From positions 1-32,645 of the IMG/VR virus record IMGVR_UViG_3300035104_000010: 32,645 bases of DNA, one strand, 5' to 3'. This DNA is from a virus. The notes under the pieces were generated by a model. The model had not been told where the DNA came from, did no database searches, and saw nothing but the letters and a program-made list of their open reading frames with translations. Numbering within the stretch: position 1 is the first letter of the stretch; every line of letters begins with the position of its first letter. Both the position numbers and the translations under genes were made by a program. Positions 16,085 through 24,037 of this stretch are shown here, in pieces.

Positions 16085-17082
16085 TGGCAATAACCAAGAT
16101 AACTGCACCTAGCTCAATTCCTGCAACCGTGGCAGACTACCAAGCGCAAAACTCCCACCTCATGGCTTTCATCAGCCAGATAAACTCACAAGCCTTTATC
16201 CTTAGTGACCCAAACGGGACGGTAGAACCCACGATAAAGCAAGGGGCGTATATCTCCCATGGAGGAAGCCTGTACATCGTGGACACCGCAGACGCAACGA
16301 TAAGCGGAACACCATCGGACGGTACGGTATACATCAGAGTGAGCGGTACAGACACCCTCACAGCAGAATATGTAACCGACATATCATCCTACGCTTGGAA
16401 CAGTGCGTACAACGCCATGATAAGCGGTTCCTACACCCTCCTACCCTATATGCTTGTCAAGAGTGGCACAAGCTATACAAAGTACCGATTTGAGCAACAC
16501 AAGCAATCCCTAGGGACATTCAAGAGCTTAAACGTAGCAGACAACATCACTCTTGGTGGAACGGTAGATGGACATGATATAGACAGTGAACTTGACACAT
16601 TGAACGGTCGTGTAAACCAAGGAGTCAAGACAACCGACTCACCGACCTTTGCAAATTCTACGATTGGCGGACACAACATTGACAGTGAGTTGGATACACT
16701 CAACTCTAGGGTTAATCAAGACCTCAAGACTACTGCAAGCCCTACGTTTGCCTCTGTAAACACCGGACATGGTGCAAATGAGTTGTATCCAATGAACCAA
16801 GATGTAAGTACTACTGCAAAGCCTACGTTTACAGGGTTAATATTATCTACAAGTACAGAAGGCTCATACAGTATAGGGGCTGGGAGTAGTTGGGTTATAC
16901 CAGCAGGTATATATGTAGTAGAAAGTATTGCTCTTGTTGGATATGAATTTTATTTAAGTGGTTCATGGGTTCCTGTAACAACTGACCAAGCTAAGAAAAC
17001 TATTTTTTCTGACGGTACTAATTTTAGATTGCACAACACAGACTCTTCTAGCAAAACAGTACGATACCGCAAATTTTCATAA
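16084..17082 (+). CDS. Tail fibre protein with tandem repeat units and an AT-rich distal tip
   Basis: Repeats of GH.IDSELDTLN.RVNQ..KTT.SPTFA occur 2.5 times. The TDSPTF-type motif is common in phage fibres. Confidence 0.7.
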   Translation: MAITKITAPSSIPATVADYQAQNSHLMAFISQINSQAFILSDPNGTVEPTIKQGAYISHGGSLYIVDTADATISGTPSDGTVYIRVSGTDTLTAEYVTDISSYAWNSAYNAMISGSYTLLPYMLVKSGTSYTKYRFEQHKQSLGTFKSLNVADNITLGGTVDGHDIDSELDTLNGRVNQGVKTTDSPTFANSTIGGHNIDSELDTLNSRVNQDLKTTASPTFASVNTGHGANELYPMNQDVSTTAKPTFTGLILSTSTEGSYSIGAGSSWVIPAGIYVVESIALVGYEFYLSGSWVPVTTDQAKKTIFSDGTNFRLHNTDSSSKTVRYRKFS

Positions 17083-17091
17083 AGGATACAC

Positions 17092-19536
17092 ATGTACACA
17101 GTAGTAGAGATAGACAAGACATCGGCATTCACAGGCACCTTCACCCCATACACCCCATTCGTGTATTCTTCTGTCGTGTCTGGTGTTGTTGCTTCCTACT
17201 GGACGGATACATTTGGTGCTGACGGGACATACCCTACCACAATAACCAATATCACATCAGTAGTGCTCGCTAGCATCTATGACGTACAGGCTGTTGACAG
17301 TATCGCTGGTTGTGTATCCCAAGAGAATAGCTTTTATTTTGACTATGATACCCAAATCCTCTATATCCATTACCCTCATGACTGGACACCGGATAGCGTA
17401 ATTGAGTTAACAGGTGTTGCCTACGGATTCACCTCTGATACGGTGAGATGCTTCCGCAACCAACTCTACCGTCCTTTGATCAAAAGCATTCCATCACTAT
17501 CAGACCAAGCAGACCCTCTGCAATATGGAATAATGAGCTTTGGGGGTGGTACGGTTTCCCTAGTCAATGACAACGGGCTTTTTGATGTGGACGAGAAGCT
17601 CTACGGTAACATCCTAAGAATCAAGATGGGGGACGAGGGCGATACCTATGATGATTTAATCCTCATGTTCACTGGATACATTCGGGACTATACCCTCACC
17701 ACAAGCGAGTTTAATGTTGAGGTTGCGGACAAGAGGGAGCGATTGCAGGTAGAGACCCCTAGCCAAGAGTTCACCGTTCTGGACGCTTACGACACCACAG
17801 ACGGATGGGAGACAAGGAGCGAGTTGCTACCCGATGGATACGGGGACGTCATACAGGTTCCAGCGTATCTCGTGGACGATGATGTTGATATTACAGAGCT
17901 ACAGTTTGACGGTGTTGATGATTATGTTGACCCGAATTTAACAATTCCATCTTCTGTATATGGTGGAGCTTTTACCTTGTATTGTGAATGCAAAATCAAA
18001 CCAACTGCAACACCAACCTCTGTGATAATCGGGAATAGGTTCCAAAGCGAACCAGAGTATAATTTTGTAAAGATAACGCCTACACAAGTGGAATATGCGG
18101 CAGAAAATGTTTTACTGAAAACTGCTGACTTCGGTCTTATACATGATATATGGGAATCAATCGGTGTTACCTTTGACGGAATTGATTTGAAAGTATACAA
18201 AAATGGATCGCTTTTTTCCAGCGACACAGTAACACAAAAAATGCTCATAGATGTTCCATTCTTTATTGGAGCAGATGCTTTTGGTGATGTGGATGAAACG
18301 GTAGATGGAAGCATAAAGAATGTGCTTATATACTCACGGTCTTTGGCAGCACCAGAAATGCAAGACCTGTATGAAGGTATACCTGTTGCAAGCAATTTAA
18401 TCCATGAATGGCTTTTACAAGAAGGAACAGGCACAACCGCTACTGATTCAGCAGGGACTAATGACGGGACAATATACGGTGCATCATGGCTCGTGCAAGA
18501 AGGTGTACTCTTTAGATGGGGAACGGAAGTAACATCCATAGCACAGTGCTATACCTATAATGAAGGTATCTTGAAGAAAGTAAGCCATACAGGGTTCTCG
18601 TCTGACGGTACTTTTGCCTTGTCGGAAACTGATGTTGCACGTGATGGTATTGATATTACACAAGGCGCAAAAGCGGTCTATGTCACCGGACGCATGAGGG
18701 ATTACAGCAATCCTGGGGATATAATCGCAGACCTCAATTCTAGGGTGAATGGGATAGCCTACAACGACAGCAACTACAACACCACCGAGTGGGAAGCGGA
18801 GAAAGCCTACTTGGATGATGTGTATCTCTACATGGACGAAGCGAAGAAGGTCTACGAGTGGATTGAGCTGATTCAGAACGGTTGTAATTGGGGTTTTAGG
18901 TATGAGGACTTGGAGAGAATCACCCTAAGACGTGACGATCCGAGCAGAATCATATCGGCAACCATCAACGCTATTGACATCCGCAACTCCGACATGCCTG
19001 TTCTACGCAACGCCGAGCTATACGCTTCATCCTGCAAGGTCAAGTATGCCAAGAACCATAGGACAGGAAGGTATCAGTATACCGAGAACACCGATTACAA
19101 ATCAGACGTCATAAACGAGCATCACATAGAAAAGGTACAACAATACGAGAGTATCCTAACCTCACAGACTGACGCAGAGGAAAAGGCTCTAAGGGTCATG
19201 CAAGATATATCTGTTGTACGACCCATCATAACGCTTCGGGTGGACGCAAAGACCTATCCCACACCGAGAATTTATGACATGGTATCGGCTACGGTATCAC
19301 TGCTCACCCAAGGCAACATCATCCCTTCCCTCTGGACATACTTGCTAGGGGATACAATCGGGGTTTTGGGTGACGCTAACGGGGTTATTGGTGAGGTATA
19401 TGACGAGACCTTTACAGAAGCGTATAGCTATGATGATAATGTACGTGAGTATTTTGGGACACTGACAGGGCAAGTCATTGGGATACAATGGCTACCGGAT
19501 AGCAACGAGATTGAGCTAAGGCTAAGGAGCAGATAA
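17092..19536 (+). CDS. Large tail/baseplate protein (Tal/host-specificity-like) with an inserted LamG-like jelly-roll domain
   Basis: 814 aa. LQFDGVDDYV ... IKNVLIYSRSLAAPEMQDLYEG is followed by WLLQEGTGTTATDSAGTNDGTIYGASW. These are LamG/concanavalin-like signatures. Confidence 0.65.
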   Translation: MYTVVEIDKTSAFTGTFTPYTPFVYSSVVSGVVASYWTDTFGADGTYPTTITNITSVVLASIYDVQAVDSIAGCVSQENSFYFDYDTQILYIHYPHDWTPDSVIELTGVAYGFTSDTVRCFRNQLYRPLIKSIPSLSDQADPLQYGIMSFGGGTVSLVNDNGLFDVDEKLYGNILRIKMGDEGDTYDDLILMFTGYIRDYTLTTSEFNVEVADKRERLQVETPSQEFTVLDAYDTTDGWETRSELLPDGYGDVIQVPAYLVDDDVDITELQFDGVDDYVDPNLTIPSSVYGGAFTLYCECKIKPTATPTSVIIGNRFQSEPEYNFVKITPTQVEYAAENVLLKTADFGLIHDIWESIGVTFDGIDLKVYKNGSLFSSDTVTQKMLIDVPFFIGADAFGDVDETVDGSIKNVLIYSRSLAAPEMQDLYEGIPVASNLIHEWLLQEGTGTTATDSAGTNDGTIYGASWLVQEGVLFRWGTEVTSIAQCYTYNEGILKKVSHTGFSSDGTFALSETDVARDGIDITQGAKAVYVTGRMRDYSNPGDIIADLNSRVNGIAYNDSNYNTTEWEAEKAYLDDVYLYMDEAKKVYEWIELIQNGCNWGFRYEDLERITLRRDDPSRIISATINAIDIRNSDMPVLRNAELYASSCKVKYAKNHRTGRYQYTENTDYKSDVINEHHIEKVQQYESILTSQTDAEEKALRVMQDISVVRPIITLRVDAKTYPTPRIYDMVSATVSLLTQGNIIPSLWTYLLGDTIGVLGDANGVIGEVYDETFTEAYSYDDNVREYFGTLTGQVIGIQWLPDSNEIELRLRSR

Positions 19537-21209
19537 TGGCAGTATTGACAGATGCAGATATTAAGCGACCGTCACAGAGGGAATATATCACCTCCCTAGA
19601 AGATGATGATGTTTTTGTCATGGAAGATGTGTCGGAACAGAAAATCAAACCGATAACCAAGACCAACGCAAAGGCAACCCTTGGGATTACTGACGCAGAG
19701 GGCATGCTTGCAGACCATGAGACTAGACTCGACACACTTGAATCTGATGATACCACAGAAGGCTCAGTAGCCAAAAGTGTCAAGGATGCTGTGGACCCGA
19801 TTGATACAAGGGTGTCACGTTTAGAAACCCAATCACTGCAAATATTTGGTTTGGAATGGGACAATGACACTGATACATACACACGTACTGACATGGCTGT
19901 AGGACTGAATTTCGGAACTCCTGATGGAGTGAATGCCATTGCATCAGACTTTGACAACTACTATCCATGGAAGGGAATCAAGCAGGTAAAGGTGGATAGC
20001 AATAAGAACATTTTGGCAGAACTTGGAGATAGTAATTACTCTTCCGTAGACGGTGAGTATATGACACTCATTCCGCAATTTTGGTTCCAAGATTATATCG
20101 ATGTTTACAACGTCCGTCATATTCGTATAGCCACACAGCCTGTAGTTGGATTTTACCCAGCATGGTTGGATAAGGATAGCAATCCTGTTGAGTACCGTCT
20201 TGTTGGTCGTGTTCCTGCTGGATACGATACAGAGTTGCGGTCAAAACCGGATATGGGAATTGAAGTAAATAGGACGTACACCTCATTCATTACTGCCGCA
20301 TATGCAAAGGGTGATGGTGGCTGGTGGCTCGATGATTCTGCGACTCGTCATAAGCTGGGATTGCTGATGGCAGTGGAAGCTGGAGACTGGGACCAGAAAG
20401 CAAAATTCGGGCAGGGAATCAACTCCGGCATGCCATACGGTAGCGGTAGCGAATTTGTATGTTCGGTCAGCCAGACTGGTGCAACCAGCATCATCATTCC
20501 GAATGCAGGGGCTACCAACATGTATGTTGGCATGGTCATGCAGATTGGAACTGCATATTCAAACAACAGCGTTGCAGCAAACCGAAAAATCACAGCGATT
20601 GCCGATTATGACGCATCGAACAAGAGAATCACCGTTGATGGAGCGGCTTTCGATTCTACAGCCGGCACAACCTCAATTGTAAGTTGGGGACAACCGGTTC
20701 CATCATCCCAGATTGACGCTCTGGGAGGTGGCTCAGGTTACATCCTGCAATTCGGCAGTGAAGCACGATCCCACGTATCCTATCGGGGCATCTGGGACCT
20801 CTGGGGCAATGTATGGTCCTTCACCTATGGCTTTGCCCGATACAACGGTGCCTACTATGTTTGTTTTGACCAGAGCAAATACAATGTTACCGACCCACGC
20901 TCTGATGCGGGTTGGATTTACACAGGAGATGGAGAGTATTTTGATGGCAATGGCTATCAGCTTACACGTAAGCCATTCGTGACTGACCAAGGCTCTGTTG
21001 ACTATGTAATAGTGATAGGAGGAGCAGCAGGCTCTGGAACGTTCTATGCAGCATATGTGTACAATTTCACTGCTACATACGACGGTGTCCGCATTTTGCT
21101 CTCCGGTGGCCGCTTGAACAATGGTGGCAGTGTTTCCCTCTTCTTCTGCCTTGGTAACATTACGCCGGGGAACTCCGTCCACGACATCGGGTCCCGCCTT
21201 ATCGGTTAG
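19536..21209 (+). CDS. Tail fibre/receptor-binding protein with a C-terminal FGE/C-type-lectin-like fold
   Basis: The N-terminus has a fibre-like coiled segment. The C-terminus has GIWDLWGNVW and a terminal LSGGRLNNGGSVSLFF...GNSVHDIGSRL, resembling GNVWEW ... RGGSW ... GFR of FGE/CLec-fold domains. Confidence 0.65.
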   Translation: MAVLTDADIKRPSQREYITSLEDDDVFVMEDVSEQKIKPITKTNAKATLGITDAEGMLADHETRLDTLESDDTTEGSVAKSVKDAVDPIDTRVSRLETQSLQIFGLEWDNDTDTYTRTDMAVGLNFGTPDGVNAIASDFDNYYPWKGIKQVKVDSNKNILAELGDSNYSSVDGEYMTLIPQFWFQDYIDVYNVRHIRIATQPVVGFYPAWLDKDSNPVEYRLVGRVPAGYDTELRSKPDMGIEVNRTYTSFITAAYAKGDGGWWLDDSATRHKLGLLMAVEAGDWDQKAKFGQGINSGMPYGSGSEFVCSVSQTGATSIIIPNAGATNMYVGMVMQIGTAYSNNSVAANRKITAIADYDASNKRITVDGAAFDSTAGTTSIVSWGQPVPSSQIDALGGGSGYILQFGSEARSHVSYRGIWDLWGNVWSFTYGFARYNGAYYVCFDQSKYNVTDPRSDAGWIYTGDGEYFDGNGYQLTRKPFVTDQGSVDYVIVIGGAAGSGTFYAAYVYNFTATYDGVRILLSGGRLNNGGSVSLFFCLGNITPGNSVHDIGSRLIG

Positions 21210-21218
21210 TTCGGGGGT

Positions 21219-21252
21219 GCAGGGGTGCGCAACCCCTGCCCTGTCGGTTTTT
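21219..21252 (+). terminator. GC-rich hairpin and U-tract after the late operon
   Basis: GCAGGGGT (21219-21226) pairs with ACCCCTGC (21232-21239). TTTTT follows at 21248-21252. Confidence 0.55.
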
Positions 21253-21272
21253 GAACACAAGGAGATACACAA

Positions 21273-21644
21273 ATGAAAATGTTTGTTGATACAAGGGATA
21301 CAGAATTTATATTTGGTAATGTTCGAGAGGTTCGTGGGAATTTCATCGAACATATAACAGAAAACGGAATTTCATATGAGTGTGACTATTACCGTACATA
21401 TGGAAGCGAGACATTTGAAGAGTTGCATCAGAAAGCAGAAGCAGAAAAGGCTCAAAAATCACTTAATAAAACTGATTGGGTAGAAGTTCAACTTAACCGT
21501 TATGCTTTAGTATATGGAATAGATTCAGAAGAATACAAAGAAAAACTTGATTCACGCAAGGCACTGCTTGCACAACGAATGGAATGGGAAGAAATAGTGA
21601 GAGGCGACCTAGAAGCACGTGTGCTTGCGTTGGAGAGTGTATGA
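21273..21644 (+). CDS. Hypothetical protein (possibly a fibre chaperone)
   Basis: AAGGAG RBS. 123 aa, coiled-coil C-terminus, located directly after the fibre gene. Confidence 0.5.
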   Translation: MKMFVDTRDTEFIFGNVREVRGNFIEHITENGISYECDYYRTYGSETFEELHQKAEAEKAQKSLNKTDWVEVQLNRYALVYGIDSEEYKEKLDSRKALLAQRMEWEEIVRGDLEARVLALESV

Positions 21645-21892
21645 GAACAATCAAATTTATCTACAATAAACTCATTAACCACATCGACAAGGTCGCACAT
21701 TTCGCCATCACCTATGGAGTGGTCTATACACTCGCAGACAAGTGGGACGTAAACGGAGCAATCGCTGTTGGTATCCTAGTAGGAGTGGCAAAAGAGATAT
21801 GGGACAAGTTGCGATATGGCAAACTCAGTGTGGCTGATTTGATTGCAGATATTCTGGGAATTGTGGTTGCATGTACGGTTTTGGGGGTGTAA
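21641..21892 (+). CDS. Small membrane protein (holin candidate)
   Basis: ATGA overlap with the upstream gene. 83 aa with hydrophobic segments (AHFAITYGVVYTL, AIAVGILVGV, ILGIVVACTVLGV). Confidence 0.45.
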   Translation: MRTIKFIYNKLINHIDKVAHFAITYGVVYTLADKWDVNGAIAVGILVGVAKEIWDKLRYGKLSVADLIADILGIVVACTVLGV

Positions 21893-21893
21893 G

Positions 21894-22211
21894 ATGATAC
21901 AAGAGTTATTGGTAGTAGGATTGGGATTCCTACTCGCATCGAACGGATTTCTGATGTATATGATAAAGAAACGAGACAAGGTAAGTACTTTGGTTAAGCT
22001 GAACAATCGGCAAGCAGGGCAGATACACATGCTCACAACCGCTATTGGTGCGGTGCTTGAAGCACAGGAAAGCCTTGTCGATGCCTTGCATGAGAAGGGT
22101 GTCTTGAATGGCAATGCAGAGCGCACCAAGAATAAAATCCGTACAGCAAAGAGCACCATTGATGAGTTTTCAAGGAAGGTTTGCAAAGAGCAAATCTTGA
22201 TGGAGGAATAA
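21894..22211 (+). CDS. N-terminally membrane-anchored coiled-coil protein (lysis cassette, function unknown)
   Basis: The ATG at 21894 follows the TAA directly. The N-terminal TM segment LLVVGLGFLLASNGFLMYMI is followed by a helical charged region. Confidence 0.45.
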   Translation: MIQELLVVGLGFLLASNGFLMYMIKKRDKVSTLVKLNNRQAGQIHMLTTAIGAVLEAQESLVDALHEKGVLNGNAERTKNKIRTAKSTIDEFSRKVCKEQILMEE

Positions 22212-22408
22212 TGGCTAAAAATCTAACACTAGCGATATTGGCGATAGGGTTTATCATGGGATTAATCGGCTCATGGTTTGAAGCGTTCGACATGGAAAGT
22301 TATGTGAATTTCTTGAAGGGCTTTGCACCACTATACATGACCCTCATAGCTTCCATCGGGGCAAATTCGGCCTTGGAGAAGTACAAGGAAAACAAAGATG
22401 TTAAATAA
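22211..22408 (+). CDS. Small two-TM protein (holin candidate)
   Basis: 65 aa with LTLAILAIGFIMGLIGSWF and FAPLYMTLIASIGA and a charged C-terminus. Confidence 0.5.
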   Translation: MAKNLTLAILAIGFIMGLIGSWFEAFDMESYVNFLKGFAPLYMTLIASIGANSALEKYKENKDVK

Positions 22409-22721
22409 CCTGTGGAATCTTCTAGCTCCAATTCTCACACCTTTCCTTGCTGTCATATCTGGACTTCTCTTTATATCGTTCTCATGGCAGAAGCACAAGA
22501 CCAAGAAGGCTGAGAAGAAGCTGGAGGACAAAGAAAAAGAGCTTGCAACCAAGAAAGTCAAGGAACTGGAAACCGAGACCGTCAAGGAAGCAGTGCAGCA
22601 CGAAAAAGAAATAGATCAAAAGGAGGTGGAGAATGAACAAGCAATCCAGGAGACACAAGACGACAGCGAGACTCTTGACGCTATCAATACTATGCTTGAT
22701 AAGTTTAACCGTAGGGTGTAA
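22398..22721 (+). CDS. i-spanin (Rz-like)
   Basis: An N-terminal TM segment (LLAPILTPFLAVISGLLFISF) is followed by a long charged coiled-coil. Its 3' end overlaps a lipoprotein gene in another frame. Confidence 0.65.
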   Translation: MLNNLWNLLAPILTPFLAVISGLLFISFSWQKHKTKKAEKKLEDKEKELATKKVKELETETVKEAVQHEKEIDQKEVENEQAIQETQDDSETLDAINTMLDKFNRRV

Positions 22722-22920
22722 GACGGTTCCACCACCCTCAATCACCCCGTACTCCGAGCTTGTAGCACCACCCGAGCGACCCTACCTTGCACCAATAGAG
22801 ACCATCAAGGACGCTGGCATAAGGCTCACCAACACCCTATCCCACATCGAAAAGCAAGAGGTGTATATCAAGGACATGGAAGGGTATTACTTGGAGGTCA
22901 TAGAGATAATAAGCAGGTAG
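22633..22920 (+). CDS. o-spanin (Rz1-like lipoprotein)
   Basis: The signal peptide has a lipobox, LLTLSILCLISLTVG|C. The mature N-terminus is proline-rich (KTVPPPSITPY..APPERPY). The gene starts inside the i-spanin gene. Confidence 0.65.
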   Translation: MNKQSRRHKTTARLLTLSILCLISLTVGCKTVPPPSITPYSELVAPPERPYLAPIETIKDAGIRLTNTLSHIEKQEVYIKDMEGYYLEVIEIISR

Positions 22921-22939
22921 AAATATCTGCTTTTCTTTT
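22911..22939 (+). terminator. Intrinsic terminator with a GAAA tetraloop
   Basis: AAGCAGGTA (22911-22919) pairs with TATCTGCTT (22924-32) with one G:U, loop GAAA, followed by TTCTTTT. Confidence 0.6.
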
Positions 22940-22949
22940 ACCATTTCCC

Positions 22950-22978
22950 TTGATATATTTTACTACTAGCTATATACT
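22950..22978 (+). promoter_or_regulatory. Early promoter TTGATA-17-TATACT
   Basis: TTGATA at 22950-22955 and TATACT at 22973-22978. It shares TCCCTTGAYA...TTTACTAC with the promoter at 23738. Confidence 0.55.
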
Positions 22979-23007
22979 GTAACTACCAAAGGAGCAAAGG
23001 AGATAAT

Positions 23008-23301
23008 ATGACAAGACAAGAAGTAGAAGAAAAAATGGCTACGTTCAAGGTAGACAAGAACAACACAGTGAAGGGGAATCACACCACCTACATCATCAAC
23101 GACTTTACCAAGATAACGGTAGGCGATTATTCCCTAGATATATTTATTGCACACTATGGGCCGAAAGGGATGTTACATTTGATCGTCACAGGCTACCAGC
23201 TCACCGACATAGCAACCATTGATACAAAGGTGGTCAGCGGGAAGCTCTGGATAGGTACAGAGACATCTAGCGGTTCGCTTATTGACTTGGGGGAAGTATG
23301 A
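23008..23301 (+). CDS. Hypothetical early protein (97 aa)
   Basis: A double AAAGGAG RBS precedes this ORF. Confidence 0.6.
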   Translation: MTRQEVEEKMATFKVDKNNTVKGNHTTYIINDFTKITVGDYSLDIFIAHYGPKGMLHLIVTGYQLTDIATIDTKVVSGKLWIGTETSSGSLIDLGEV

Positions 23302-23606
23302 TAAAGGTATACAAGGATGGTAAGTACGACTCAATGTACAACACCAAGAAGGAAGCCTACGAGTACTTGGGACTCTCACCCTACACCCTCAATATCTATC
23401 TATCAACCGGAGAGAGTTTTGATGGTTATACGGTCAAGACGGACGATAAGCCACAGAGAATAATGATATTCTACAAGGGCAAGAAGGTTAAGGTGGTGAA
23501 GAGTATCCTTGATGCAGAGAAAGAAACAGGTATCAAGGTGTACCGAATTAGGAATCTTATCAATGTAGGGGACGAATATAATGATTATTCCTTTGACTAT
23601 GCTTGA
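23298..23606 (+). CDS. DNA-binding protein with two NUMOD1-like HTH repeats (putative)
   Basis: Two similar half-repeats, each of the form Y..xxEAxxxLGxSxxTLxxYLxxG, as seen in NUMOD-type modules. Confidence 0.4.
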   Translation: MIKVYKDGKYDSMYNTKKEAYEYLGLSPYTLNIYLSTGESFDGYTVKTDDKPQRIMIFYKGKKVKVVKSILDAEKETGIKVYRIRNLINVGDEYNDYSFDYA

Positions 23607-23660
23607 CACATGGCGTATAAGGTGTATGATTTAGGTATCTTTCGTTTCATACCTCCTTTT

Positions 23661-23704
23661 TGCCCTGCTTGGTTTTCCTCCTTTTCCAGGCAGGGCATCT
23701 TTAT
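23661..23704 (+). terminator. Intrinsic terminator
   Basis: A 12-bp stem, TGCCCTGCTTGG (23661-72) with CCAGGCAGGGCA (23686-97), has one G:U and a T-rich tail. Confidence 0.6.
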
Positions 23705-23737
23705 GCCAAAATACTTCTATTAATATCAACTATTCCC

Positions 23738-23766
23738 TTGACAGAATTTACTACAGGGTGTAACAT
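23738..23766 (+). promoter_or_regulatory. Early promoter TTGACA-17-TAACAT with a conserved operator-like spacer
   Basis: TTGACA at 23738-43. The spacer contains ACTACAGGGTGTA. 25 of 33 nt are identical to the promoter at 27443. Confidence 0.55.
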
Positions 23767-23796
23767 TAGGTATCAGCTAAGAAAAAGGAGACCGAT

Positions 23797-23961
23797 ATGG
23801 ACGAATACGAATTGGATATGATGGAAGCAGAAAATGAGTATCTAGGATTCAGCCCTAAAGAATCACAGAGCAGCTATGACCCTTGCGAACACTGCTCTGG
23901 CGAGGATTGCATGTGCTGTGAAGTGTATCTGGAAATGCGTGCTGAGCAAAGAGGATACTAG
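23797..23961 (+). CDS. Very acidic small protein (54 aa) with a Cys cluster, not in the ORF track
   Basis: AAAGGAGACCGAT precedes the ATG. Hand translation gives MDEYELDMMEAENEYLGFSPKESQSSYDPCEHCSGEDCMCCEVYLEMRAEQRGY, with 15 D/E against 3 K/R. Confidence 0.55.
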   Translation: MDEYELDMMEAENEYLGFSPKESQSSYDPCEHCSGEDCMCCEVYLEMRAEQRGY

Positions 23962-24037
23962 AACCCTATCCCCTCTTCGGAGGGGGTATTGCTCAAATCC
24001 TTACTGAGGATTTAGGCGATACTTAAAGGAGACCGAT

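Noticed and set aside
19536-21252. A complete diversity-generating retroelement acting on the fibre C-terminus.
   Set aside because: No reverse transcriptase (no YxDD-containing ORF in any frame) and no template repeat copy of the 3' end could be found in the 32.5 kb. Only the fold resemblance and a hairpin remain, and these are reported as a low-key finding.
23645-23690. Two CCTCCTTTT motifs, which read as AAAAGGAGG Shine-Dalgarno sequences on the minus strand and might indicate a hidden minus-strand gene.
   Set aside because: The only minus-strand ATG lies 1 nt from the SD and opens a 17-codon ORF. The motifs lie in the loop and flank of the + strand terminator hairpin.
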